A DNA stretch of 64,000 nucleotides from Candidatus Undinarchaeota archaeon. Its GTDB lineage: Archaea > SpSt-1190 > JASMDC01. A program made the translations under genes and the position numbers. The stretch spans positions 378,132 to 442,131 of the forward strand of contig CAZFHY010000001.1 in assembly GCA_964519305.1 (NCBI GenBank), given 5' to 3'. The first letter of the stretch is position 1. Each line of letters begins with the position of its first letter. Below are positions 45,793 through 54,330 of the stretch, one piece after another. Below the pieces are notes generated by a model, which worked only from the letters and a program-made list of their open reading frames with translations, did not search any database and had not been told where the DNA came from.

Positions 45793-46983
45793 TCACCGTC
45801 GTCGGCGGAGAGCGAGCCAGGACACCGCGAGCACACCACCGGCCACGAGGTATAGCACGAGCGTCCGCCCCCGTCGCCGAGATGCGCATGAACCCTTCAG
45901 GCACTCACGGCCCATGGGACAACCGCAGTCCTGACAGCAGGAGCCCATGTCCTCACCACCCCAGCATACACCGTCACCGCAACGGGCGGGGAAGCGGATG
46001 GGCGTGGCGTTGGGTCCATCCACCTCGGAAGGCCCCATGATACCCACGAGCTTGAACACCTCTGCCATCGTGTCCTCGTTCTCTGAGCTGTCGATCACGG
46101 TACACCATAGCTCGTAGCTGCCCTCAGACCAGCCGCCAACGTCCTCGCTCGTGAACCGTACGTTGAGCACGGTCCCGTTAGGGCCGGTCGGTTTGAGCGG
46201 GGGGCATAGGTCGATACCGATCTCACCTGTGAGGCAGGTCTCAAAAGCATCAGGCGCACCCACACGTCTGAGAGTGCACCTACCAGTCCAGGCCGAGCCC
46301 TGCTCCAGGACCTCGATGTGAGCCTCGACCGCCCGGATGGCCTCGAGCGCCCAGGAGGGGTCCGGAGAAAAGGGCGCATGGAGCCGCACCATAGGTCGGG
46401 TGTCTTCCGGGCCGGGAGAAGGGCCGGATGGCGGTATATCGACCTCGACCGGACGTTCGACGCATGCAGCGCACTCCTGTTGCCACCCGTCGCAGGCGGT
46501 GGTGTTAAGGCATAGGCGGACCAGGGCACCCGCCGGACCGAACAGTAGGTTATGGGTTGAGATCTCCACGCGTTCCGTCCCGGCGGGGAATGTGAGCACG
46601 ATCGCAGGAGCGGACCCCGTTCCGATGAACAGCGCCGCATCGAACGCGGTGTCCGCGGTGACGCCCCCCACCGATATACTGACAGGTACCTTTTCGACCG
46701 GTCGTGGAGGATTGTCCTTGAACCACTGGTCGAGCCCGGCGTGGACACAGTACAAGTCCTCTTTCCAGATGCAGATGGGTTGACGTGCGCATGCGCTCTG
46801 GGTGACGCGACGGGCACAGTCCAAGGAGCCTGGCGGGAGTGATGGCCCATCTCCCGCCGATGGCGGTACAATTGGCGGATCGATGACCAAATCCCCCGTC
46901 ACGATGGGCATGGTCACTGCCCCCACTATCGGGATGGCGATAAGTAGCCACGTCAGGAGGATGACGGGAGCGGAGCGCGTCAT
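45793..46983 (-). CDS. Cys-rich cell-surface protein with C-terminal TM
   Basis: Signal peptide; CGDGVC...E....CC.DCGC motif; TM followed by RRRR. Confidence 0.7.
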   Translation of the reverse strand: MTRSAPVILLTWLLIAIPIVGAVTMPIVTGDLVIDPPIVPPSAGDGPSLPPGSLDCARRVTQSACARQPICIWKEDLYCVHAGLDQWFKDNPPRPVEKVPVSISVGGVTADTAFDAALFIGTGSAPAIVLTFPAGTERVEISTHNLLFGPAGALVRLCLNTTACDGWQQECAACVERPVEVDIPPSGPSPGPEDTRPMVRLHAPFSPDPSWALEAIRAVEAHIEVLEQGSAWTGRCTLRRVGAPDAFETCLTGEIGIDLCPPLKPTGPNGTVLNVRFTSEDVGGWSEGSYELWCTVIDSSENEDTMAEVFKLVGIMGPSEVDGPNATPIRFPARCGDGVCWGGEDMGSCCQDCGCPMGRECLKGSCASRRRGRTLVLYLVAGGVLAVSWLALRRRR

Positions 46984-47049
46984 GGTGCCATCGAGATGAT
47001 AGCGACGCTCGTTTATAATCCTGTGCCCGGTGCGGAAGGTCCGCACGGC

Positions 47050-48330
47050 CTATTCCGCGTCCTTCTTTTCGTTCCCGGGGACCAACGACTGGTACAGCTC
47101 GACTGTGTCCTTTGCTGCCTGCTCCCAAGTAAAGTACTGGAGCACGCGTTTGCGGCCGTTCTTCCCCAGCTCCCGGGCGCGTTCAGGATCACGAAGGCAC
47201 TCGCCCACTCCCCAAGCGATATCCGAGGGATCGTGCGGGTTAATGTGGAAACCGCAATGGTTCGGTCCCGAGGGCATGATCTGCTCCCGCAATCCGGACG
47301 TTCCGGTACCGCCGACGACCACCGGACGCTCCATGGCCATCGCTTCGGTGCACACTATGCCGAAAGGTTCGTATTTCGATGGGAACACTACCACGTCCGC
47401 TGCGAGGTACCGCAGGATGCGCTCGTTCTCAGGTATGAACTTGTACTCTAGGATGATGTGATCATCGAGCCCTTGGCGCTTAACCAGCATCTCAAGGTCC
47501 CGCTGTTGCTCACCCAGACCCACAATATTGAGCTTGGCCTGAGGGAACTCCCGGAGCAGTGTCGGCATGGCTCGGACGAGTGCGTCCGGCCCCTTCACGG
47601 TGGACAACCGTCCAATGAAGAATATTAGCTGCTCGTCGTCCTCTACGCCAAGTCTTCGCCTGACCTCGGCGCGTTCGCCATCAGAGAAGCGTGCCGGATT
47701 GTACTTTGAAGCGTCCACGGCATTCCAGATCACACGTACCTTGTCACCAGGGAAGTCGAGCCCGGCAAGCTCATCGCGCATGGCGTAGGACACGGTGACG
47801 ATGAGGTCCGACTCCTCAGCGGCAGCCATCTCGATGTCCTGGATCACCCCGGACGGCTTCCCCTGGCTCCGACCATGCTCGGTCGAGTGGATATGTAGCA
47901 CGTATGGCAGCCCCAACTCCCGTTTAGCGATCATCCCCCCAATCGCCGACAACCAGTCGTGCGCGATGATGACATCGAACTTGTTCTTCTCTGCAACGCT
48001 GTGCACTAGTTTCGTTGCAGTAATGACATTGTAGCACAGGAGGTCGGAGAAGAACCGGATCGCTCCAGCCCCCCACTTACGTATGCCCTCCCCGAAGAAG
48101 AGCGGTGTGACCGTGGAGCAGTCGGTGATCTTCGGGCGATGTACCTCCACTCCATTGGGGAACACTTCCCGCGTCTTGAACTCGCCCTCGTAGTTGAGCG
48201 TGAACACGACCACGTCATGTCCCATACGTTGCAGCTGGTCGGTCATCTCCATCGCATAGGTCCCAAGACCCCCGAGTATCTTTGGAGGGAATTCCCAGAC
48301 GAAATATGCGATACGCATGATACCGTCCAC
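47050..48330 (-). CDS. GT4 family glycosyltransferase (glycogen/starch synthase-like)
   Basis: WEFPP...GGLG, HDW, HSTE.GR, GRL...KG, YEPFGIV..EAM; start may be MRIAYF. Confidence 0.9.
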   Translation of the reverse strand: MDGIMRIAYFVWEFPPKILGGLGTYAMEMTDQLQRMGHDVVVFTLNYEGEFKTREVFPNGVEVHRPKITDCSTVTPLFFGEGIRKWGAGAIRFFSDLLCYNVITATKLVHSVAEKNKFDVIIAHDWLSAIGGMIAKRELGLPYVLHIHSTEHGRSQGKPSGVIQDIEMAAAEESDLIVTVSYAMRDELAGLDFPGDKVRVIWNAVDASKYNPARFSDGERAEVRRRLGVEDDEQLIFFIGRLSTVKGPDALVRAMPTLLREFPQAKLNIVGLGEQQRDLEMLVKRQGLDDHIILEYKFIPENERILRYLAADVVVFPSKYEPFGIVCTEAMAMERPVVVGGTGTSGLREQIMPSGPNHCGFHINPHDPSDIAWGVGECLRDPERARELGKNGRKRVLQYFTWEQAAKDTVELYQSLVPGNEKKDAE

Positions 48331-48383
48331 TCAGTAGAGTATCTTTTTAAAAATGAGGTGCGGAGGGCATGTTCGGTGTGTCA

Positions 48384-48566
48384 ATGCCAAAACCTGTAAT
48401 AGGCCTTGAGAATTGTGAGGGGTGTGGCACCTGTGCCGAAGTGTGCCCCAACGAGGTCATCGAGATGCAGGACGATGTCCCCAAGGTAGTGAAGGGAGAG
48501 GAGTGCATCGGTTGTCGCTCCTGTGAGGTCCAGTGCCCCACAGAGGCTATCGATATCGAGGAATAG
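48384..48566 (+). CDS. 2x[4Fe-4S] ferredoxin
   Basis: CEGCGTCAEVCP and CIGCRSCEVQCP. Confidence 0.92.
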   Translation: MPKPVIGLENCEGCGTCAEVCPNEVIEMQDDVPKVVKGEECIGCRSCEVQCPTEAIDIEE

Positions 48567-48629
48567 GGGAGTTCTCCCATCACCATTCTACGATTTCTAT
48601 AGAGGGAAAAACCGCGAAATGCACCTTAG

Positions 48630-48649
48630 TTACTACTCTAAAATGGTAA
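48630..48649. promoter_or_regulatory. Degenerate TTACTACT-N4-AGTAGTAA site next to the tldD2 TATA box
   Basis: TTACTACT-CTAA-AATGGTAA (2 mismatches), followed by TTTATATA at 48652. Confidence 0.45.
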
Positions 48650-48725
48650 CATTTATATAGTTCCAATGCCATATATTATCAAGCTTGTTGGGCAGCACGA
48701 CTGCTCGACATGCGATGGAGTGAAC

Positions 48726-50756
48726 ATGATGGTGTACGAGATTCATGCTGATATGGCACCCAAGATGGAGATCGCCGACAAGATCGTCGGTCAGTACTCC
48801 GAGGCGGGTGTGTACGTGTCACTTACCATCGAGGAGAACGCCGCGTCCACCTATGCTGCGACGGATGGTGAGCTCAACGGGAAGAGCGACTCCCTGAGCA
48901 AGGGTGCTCGCGTCCACGTTGTCGGTCACGACCAGGAAGGCATGGCCTGGGAAGTGTACGGTATCACCCAGGACACCACCAAGGACGGCCTCGAGAAACT
49001 GGCCGATTACGCTGTGAAGACACTCCAGTCCGGCGACTCGATACAGAACATCACCAAGAACTTCGTCTCCGCCGGTGCTTCCAAGGTCTACCTCTCCGTG
49101 CCCCACAAGATCCTCGCTTACGAGAACGAGACAAAGGTCGAGGACCACTACGAGGCCTCGGCCAAGCGCTCCTTCGACAGCGTGTCCGCCAAGGAGAAGC
49201 AGGAGCTCGTGGAGGAGCTCTCCAAGTCCGCCATGAAGGACGGCATCGTCCACTCCCGCGGCATCTACGCGGAGACCGAGCGCAAGAGCTGGTTCGCGGA
49301 CACCAACGGTTCGCGCATCAGCCAGATCATCCCCCGTCCCTACGCGGGCGTCTCCGCAACGGCCCAGAAAAAGGAACCGGGGTACGAGGCCCCCGTTGAT
49401 TTCACCAACTTCGACAGCTTCGGTCTTGGAGAGGGCGGCTACGAGCTCGTGGCCAAGGCTCTCAAGGAAAAGGGCCCCGCCGCGCGCGGTGCCGAGGTGG
49501 CCGACTCTGCTATCAAGGTCATCAACGGCGAGCGGTACAACTCCGGGGCCACTACCGTGGTCATGGACGGTCAGATGGCCGGTGTGTTCATCCACGAGGC
49601 GCTCGGCCACATGGCCGAGGCCGACCATATGGTGAACTACGATGCTCGCATCCTCAAGGACAAGATCGGGGAGAAGATCGGCGTCGACGGCCTCAACGTG
49701 GTCGACGATGGTCGCGCGCTCAAGGGCGGGAAGCTCTCCAGCAGGGCCCGAGGTTCGTTCAAGTACGATGATGAGGGTACACCCAGTCAGCGCACCGAGA
49801 TCATCAAGGACGGAGTGCTCACCAACTTCCTCGCTGGCAACAAGGAGGCGTCCATCTTCAACAAGAAGGAGTTCTCCAAGTTCGCTGAGAAGGAGGGCTA
49901 CGGGGACGCTACCTTCGACCTCGCAAAGGAGATCACGAACGAGATCACGAAGGCCACCAAGGACCTCACCAGGACCTACATGCAGGACCACGACAAGATC
50001 AAGGACGCCACCGATGAACAGGTGATGGCCTACATCAAGGAGCACGGCACTACCGACGAGGACTACCAGACGGTCCTCACCCAGGGGCTCCAGACGGTCC
50101 AGATGGAGGCAATGACCAAGGTCATGGCCAAGCAGCAGGAGATGCAGGCCGCCTGGGAGAAGGCCGATAAGCACGAGTACACCTCTACGGGCAACGCCCG
50201 CGCCGAGGGCTGGTACGCCGTGCCCCAGGTCCGCATGACCAACACCATGATCCTCCCCAACGAGAAGGGCCCCAACACCGAAGAGATGGTCAAGGACGTC
50301 AACGACGGAATCTACATGACCGGTTCCTGGGGTGGCTACGTCGAGATGAACGGCAACTTCGCCTTCTGGCCGAAGGAGGCCTACAAGATCGAGGACGGCA
50401 AGGTCAACTACGACAAGCCGATAAAGGGCACAATCCTCATGGACAACACCCTCAAGGCGCTCAAGAACATCAGCGCCATCGGTAACGGTGAGTCGTACGA
50501 GCGCTTCGGAGGTACCTGCGGCAAGGGAGGCCAGGGTGTCCCCAACGAGTGCTCCGGCCCGGCAATCCGCATCGACGACATAGTCGTCCAGGGCACACCG
50601 GGCGACAAGGTGGGCCACCAGACCATCCGTGAGGAGATCGAAAAGAACAACGGCATGTACCTCGGCCTTGACTCAGAGGGCGAACACGGCCCCGTCACGA
50701 GGACGTTCGACAGGGACGGGCTCCAGACGCCCTGGAAGGAGTCCAAGGTCAAGTAG
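48726..50756 (+). CDS. tldD: TldD-family metalloprotease (paralog 2, ~100-aa helical insertion)
   Basis: HEALGHMAEAD, DDEGT, TGNAR, RMTNT, GTCGK; start after GGAGTGA. Confidence 0.88.
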   Translation: MMVYEIHADMAPKMEIADKIVGQYSEAGVYVSLTIEENAASTYAATDGELNGKSDSLSKGARVHVVGHDQEGMAWEVYGITQDTTKDGLEKLADYAVKTLQSGDSIQNITKNFVSAGASKVYLSVPHKILAYENETKVEDHYEASAKRSFDSVSAKEKQELVEELSKSAMKDGIVHSRGIYAETERKSWFADTNGSRISQIIPRPYAGVSATAQKKEPGYEAPVDFTNFDSFGLGEGGYELVAKALKEKGPAARGAEVADSAIKVINGERYNSGATTVVMDGQMAGVFIHEALGHMAEADHMVNYDARILKDKIGEKIGVDGLNVVDDGRALKGGKLSSRARGSFKYDDEGTPSQRTEIIKDGVLTNFLAGNKEASIFNKKEFSKFAEKEGYGDATFDLAKEITNEITKATKDLTRTYMQDHDKIKDATDEQVMAYIKEHGTTDEDYQTVLTQGLQTVQMEAMTKVMAKQQEMQAAWEKADKHEYTSTGNARAEGWYAVPQVRMTNTMILPNEKGPNTEEMVKDVNDGIYMTGSWGGYVEMNGNFAFWPKEAYKIEDGKVNYDKPIKGTILMDNTLKALKNISAIGNGESYERFGGTCGKGGQGVPNECSGPAIRIDDIVVQGTPGDKVGHQTIREEIEKNNGMYLGLDSEGEHGPVTRTFDRDGLQTPWKESKVK

Positions 50757-50767
50757 GTCTACGTGAA

Positions 50768-50798
50768 GCTCCGGGAGCGGTACTCACCCTCCCGGAGC
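50768..50798 (+). terminator. Hairpin after tldD2
   Basis: GCTCCGGGAG...CTCCCGGAGC, perfect 10-bp stem. Confidence 0.55.
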
Positions 50799-50914
50799 AC
50801 CTCGATTTCGAGCAGGATTTCACTGTGTTTTTTCCGGCCGGGCCCGGACTGACACTATGTGTCACAGTCGCAGTCTCCCGATTCTTGGGCTCGGACATCG
50901 CCGTATGGTCACGA

Positions 50915-50933
50915 TTACGTCATGACGACGTAA
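50915..50933. promoter_or_regulatory. TTACGTC-N5-GACGTAA palindrome immediately upstream of the tldD3 BRE/TATA
   Basis: Perfect 7-bp arms; TATATA at 50942, ATG at 50974. Confidence 0.5.
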
Positions 50934-50973
50934 AGGAAAACTATATATTCCGCGCCTCGGGCCGCTGCTCCTC

Positions 50974-52983
50974 ATGATGGGGTATGAGATACACGGCGAG
51001 ATGGCCCCCAAGATGGAGATGGCGTCCGAGATCGTGAACCAGTACGCGGAGGCAGGGATCTACCTGTCCCTCACGGTCGAGGAGAACGCCTCGTCCACAT
51101 ATGTTGCGACGGACGGCGAGCTCAACGGAAAGGGCGAGTCGATGATGAAGGGTGCCCGGGCCCACGTAGTGGGCTTCGATCAGGAGGGCATGGCCTGGGA
51201 GGTCTATGGCATCACCCAGGATACCACCAAGGACGGGCTCGAGAAGCTCGCTACCTATGCGGTACAGACCCTCCAGTCTGGTGACTCTATCCAGAGCATC
51301 AGCAAGGCATTCGTATCTGCCGGAGCATCGGGCGTCTATCTATCCGTACCCCATAAAATCTACGCCTTCAAGAACGAGAACAAGGTCCAGGACCACTACG
51401 AGGTGCCGACGAACCAGCCCTTCGACAGCGTTTCCGCAAAAGAGAAGCAGGATCTCGTCGAGGAGCTCTCGACGGCTGCCATGAAGGACGGTATCGTCAA
51501 CGCCCGTGGTATCTATAAAGAGACCGAACGCAAGAGCTGGTTCGCGGACACCAACGGTTCTAACATCACCCAGGTCATCCCGCGCCCGTACGCCGGTATC
51601 TCGGCCACGGCACAAAAGCAGGACCCTGCGTACGAGGCACCCATCGATTTCACAAACTTCGACAGCTTCGGCCTTGGCGAGGGTGGTTACGAGCTCGTGA
51701 CCTCGGCCCTCAAGGAGAAGGACACCACAGCACGTGGTAATGACGTCGCTGACGCGGCCATCAAGGTCCTCGGCGGTAAGAGGTTCAACTCCGGGACCAC
51801 GACAGTGGTCATGGACGGCGAGATGGCAGGTGTGTTCATCCACGAAGCGCTCGGCCACATGACCGAGGCCGACATGTATACCCACCACGACGCCCGCATC
51901 CTCAAGGGCAAGCTCGGGGAGAAGATCGGTGTCGACGGCCTCAACGTGGTCGACGACGCACGCGCTCTCCAGACGGGCATGCTCTCCGGCAAGGGCCGCG
52001 GTTCGTACAAGTTCGATGACGAGGGTACAGCCAGCCAGCGCACCGAGATAATCAAGGACGGTGTGCTCACCAACTATCTGATGGGTAACAACGACGCTTC
52101 CCTCTACGGCCACAACCAGAAGGGCGAGTTCATGCGCGAGCAGGGCTTCGACTCTTCCACCTTCGACCTTGCTAAGGAGATCGAGAAGCAGGTCCAGGAG
52201 TCCGTGATGGACTTCACCAAGACCTACATGAAGGACCACGATAACATCGACGATCCCTCCGAGCAGGAAGTGGCCATGTACATGATGACAAAGCAGCAGG
52301 ACCAGGGCTTCCAGGAATCCCTCGGTCAGGAGCTCCAGAAGATCCAGACAGGGGCCATGACAAAGATCATGGCCAAGCAGCAGGAGATGCAGGCGGCATG
52401 GGAGAAGGCCGACAAGCGCGAGTTCGTGTCCACCGGGAACGCCCGCGCCGAGGCCTGGTATGCTGTTCCTCAGGTCCGCATGACCAACACCATGATCCTG
52501 CCCAACGAGAACGGTACTGACACCGAGGACATGGTCAAGGACGTCAAGGACGGCATCTACATGACCGGCTCCTGGGGCGGCTATGTCGAGCTCAACGGTA
52601 ACTTTGCCTTCTGGCCTAAGGAAGCCTACAAGATCGAGGACGGCGAGATCAAGTACGACCAGCCCATCAAGGGCACAATCCTCATGGACAACACCCTCAA
52701 GGCGCTCAACAACATCAGCGCCATCGGTAACGCCGATACCTACGAACGCTTCGGCGGCACATGCGGAAAGGGCGGCCAGGGCGTGCCCAACGAGTGCGCA
52801 GGGCCTGCCATCCGCCTCGACGACATAGTCGTCCAGGGTACCCCGCACGACAGGGTGGGCCACCAATCCATAAAGAAGGAGATCGAGGACCACGACGGTA
52901 TGTACACAGGCCCTGAGTCCGAGGTGGACGCCGGCCAGCACCGCCAGGTCGAGAATCTCGATACTCCCTGGAAGGAAAAATAG
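50974..52983 (+). CDS. tldD: TldD-family metalloprotease (paralog 3, tandem duplicate of paralog 2)
   Basis: HEALGHMTEAD, TGNAR, GTCGK; colinear with 48726-50756. Confidence 0.88.
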   Translation: MMGYEIHGEMAPKMEMASEIVNQYAEAGIYLSLTVEENASSTYVATDGELNGKGESMMKGARAHVVGFDQEGMAWEVYGITQDTTKDGLEKLATYAVQTLQSGDSIQSISKAFVSAGASGVYLSVPHKIYAFKNENKVQDHYEVPTNQPFDSVSAKEKQDLVEELSTAAMKDGIVNARGIYKETERKSWFADTNGSNITQVIPRPYAGISATAQKQDPAYEAPIDFTNFDSFGLGEGGYELVTSALKEKDTTARGNDVADAAIKVLGGKRFNSGTTTVVMDGEMAGVFIHEALGHMTEADMYTHHDARILKGKLGEKIGVDGLNVVDDARALQTGMLSGKGRGSYKFDDEGTASQRTEIIKDGVLTNYLMGNNDASLYGHNQKGEFMREQGFDSSTFDLAKEIEKQVQESVMDFTKTYMKDHDNIDDPSEQEVAMYMMTKQQDQGFQESLGQELQKIQTGAMTKIMAKQQEMQAAWEKADKREFVSTGNARAEAWYAVPQVRMTNTMILPNENGTDTEDMVKDVKDGIYMTGSWGGYVELNGNFAFWPKEAYKIEDGEIKYDQPIKGTILMDNTLKALNNISAIGNADTYERFGGTCGKGGQGVPNECAGPAIRLDDIVVQGTPHDRVGHQSIKKEIEDHDGMYTGPESEVDAGQHRQVENLDTPWKEK

Positions 52984-52999
52984 CTCGAGTATAGTGAAC

Positions 53000-53027
53000 A
53001 CCGGGAGGGATCAATCCCCCTCCCGGT
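53000..53027 (+). terminator. Hairpin after tldD3
   Basis: ACCGGGAGGGA-TCAA-TCCCCCTCCCGGT followed by a pyrimidine-rich tract. Confidence 0.55.
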
Positions 53028-53134
53028 CCACTTCAATCCTATCACTTTCTATTTAGAGCGCGTATCTGAAAGTTGGAAATTGTGATACATTTCTAGGTAA
53101 AATCAATGAAAGGTGATGAAACGGGTATCTGAAC

Positions 53135-53425
53135 ATGATCGAGGGAAAGCTCGTCGGTGTCGACCATCTAAAAGATGATTGTAAGTTGCACATGCACGTG
53201 GAGATCGATAGCGATCGGCTAAGCGAACAGTTCCAGCTCGGTAACAAGATCATCCTCATCGGCGACCAAGGCTACCACACCACGTCCAAGCTCGTTGACC
53301 GCGGTTCCCAGTACCTTCTTGTACCATCGCGCCTGCGTGTGGACGGGGAGCGGACGGCACTTGCTAAGAAGGTCGAGCTCTCCCGTCCGGACCGCACGAT
53401 CTTCGTGTTCAAGTGCGACGGGTGA
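53135..53425 (+). CDS. Small beta-rich protein, possibly AbrB-like
   Basis: RG..YLLVP..LR resembles the AbrB/SpoVT core; recollection only. Confidence 0.55.
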   Translation: MIEGKLVGVDHLKDDCKLHMHVEIDSDRLSEQFQLGNKIILIGDQGYHTTSKLVDRGSQYLLVPSRLRVDGERTALAKKVELSRPDRTIFVFKCDG

Positions 53426-53434
53426 CGTCGGCTA

Positions 53435-53605
53435 CTAAGCCGCCTTCTCCAGTTCCTTCCAGAGCTTGTACGGAACAAGGCTCAGCGCCAGGGCGATCTC
53501 GGAGGGATTGAGCTCCGCGACCTCACCGGTATAGTCCTTGACTACCTTCAGGAGGCGGTTTGAGAGTTCCTCTACCTCTTCGTTGTCAACCTGCATAGTC
53601 GGCAT
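53435..53605 (-). CDS. 56-aa helical protein (paralog of next gene)
   Basis: MPTMQVDNEE.EELS.R.LKV...Y..EV.ELNPSEIALALSL...KLW is shared; own TATA-like box ~30 nt upstream. Confidence 0.75.
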   Translation of the reverse strand: MPTMQVDNEEVEELSNRLLKVVKDYTGEVAELNPSEIALALSLVPYKLWKELEKAA

Positions 53606-53714
53606 GGTCTTGCTGAGCGGACCAAGAAATAAAAACATGGCCCTAGGGCGCACCCGGAGCAGAGTTCACGCTCAAGAGCGGTCCTGCGTTCCTTCCCCGT
53701 TCTGAGCGCGTATC

Positions 53715-54005
53715 CTATTCATCCAGGAACGAATCTATGGCATCGTCATCGCTGGATGACTCTTCCGCAGGTGCGGGAGGTGTCGGAGCAGGGGTTGGAT
53801 CGGGCTCCGGTCCTTTCGCAGGAGCATCACCACTCCCGTCTGTTGGCCCCTCTCCCTCCCACAGTTTGTGTGAAGCCAGGCTCAGCGCAAGGGCGATCTC
53901 GGAGGGATTGAGCTCCACTACCTCGGTCATGTACTCACCGATGACCTTCAGGATGCGTTCGGAGAGCTCCTCGATCTCCTCGTTGTCCACCTGCATCGTT
54001 GGCAT
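53715..54005 (-). CDS. 96-aa protein: same helical domain plus Pro/acidic tail
   Basis: Paralog of 53435-53605; tail ends DDDAIDSFLDE; TTATAT box ~29 nt upstream. Confidence 0.75.
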   Translation of the reverse strand: MPTMQVDNEEIEELSERILKVIGEYMTEVVELNPSEIALALSLASHKLWEGEGPTDGSGDAPAKGPEPDPTPAPTPPAPAEESSSDDDAIDSFLDE

Positions 54006-54057
54006 GGAAAAGGCAAGTGACCTAAACAATATAAGCGCTCCCGTGGGAGCCGGAGGT

Positions 54058-54330
54058 CTAATCTACAGGGCCGCCGGGTGTGTCGTCGTCCATCTCATCC
54101 CAGTCATCTCCGCCCTCGTCCACGATCCCCACGGCACAGCCGATCCACATCCATCCACCCAACATCACAAGAGCGAGCGACAGCATCACAGCACCCCACA
54201 TGTCCGATGACTCGGGGGAAAGGGCACCTGACTCGATGGAGTTCATGACGCCGGTCAGCACGACGAACGACGCCAGGATGCACGCCGAGCCGATGAACCA
54301 GAAAAGGATATTGCCTGTATTCACACTCAT
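54058..54330 (-). CDS. Small 2-TM membrane protein
   Basis: ATGA overlap with sepS, GGAGGT SD, two hydrophobic helices. Confidence 0.7.
   Translation of the reverse strand: MSVNTGNILFWFIGSACILASFVVLTGVMNSIESGALSPESSDMWGAVMLSLALVMLGGWMWIGCAVGIVDEGGDDWDEMDDDTPGGPVD

Noticed and set aside
44508-45839. 443-aa antisense ORF over the GDH homolog
   Set aside because: Shadow ORF caused by GC-rich codon bias; no motifs.
48819-53001. 599-aa and 553-aa minus-strand ORFs opposite tldD2/3
   Set aside because: Antisense shadows rich in Leu/Val/His/Asp from biased codon usage. Their mutual similarity simply mirrors the tldD duplication.
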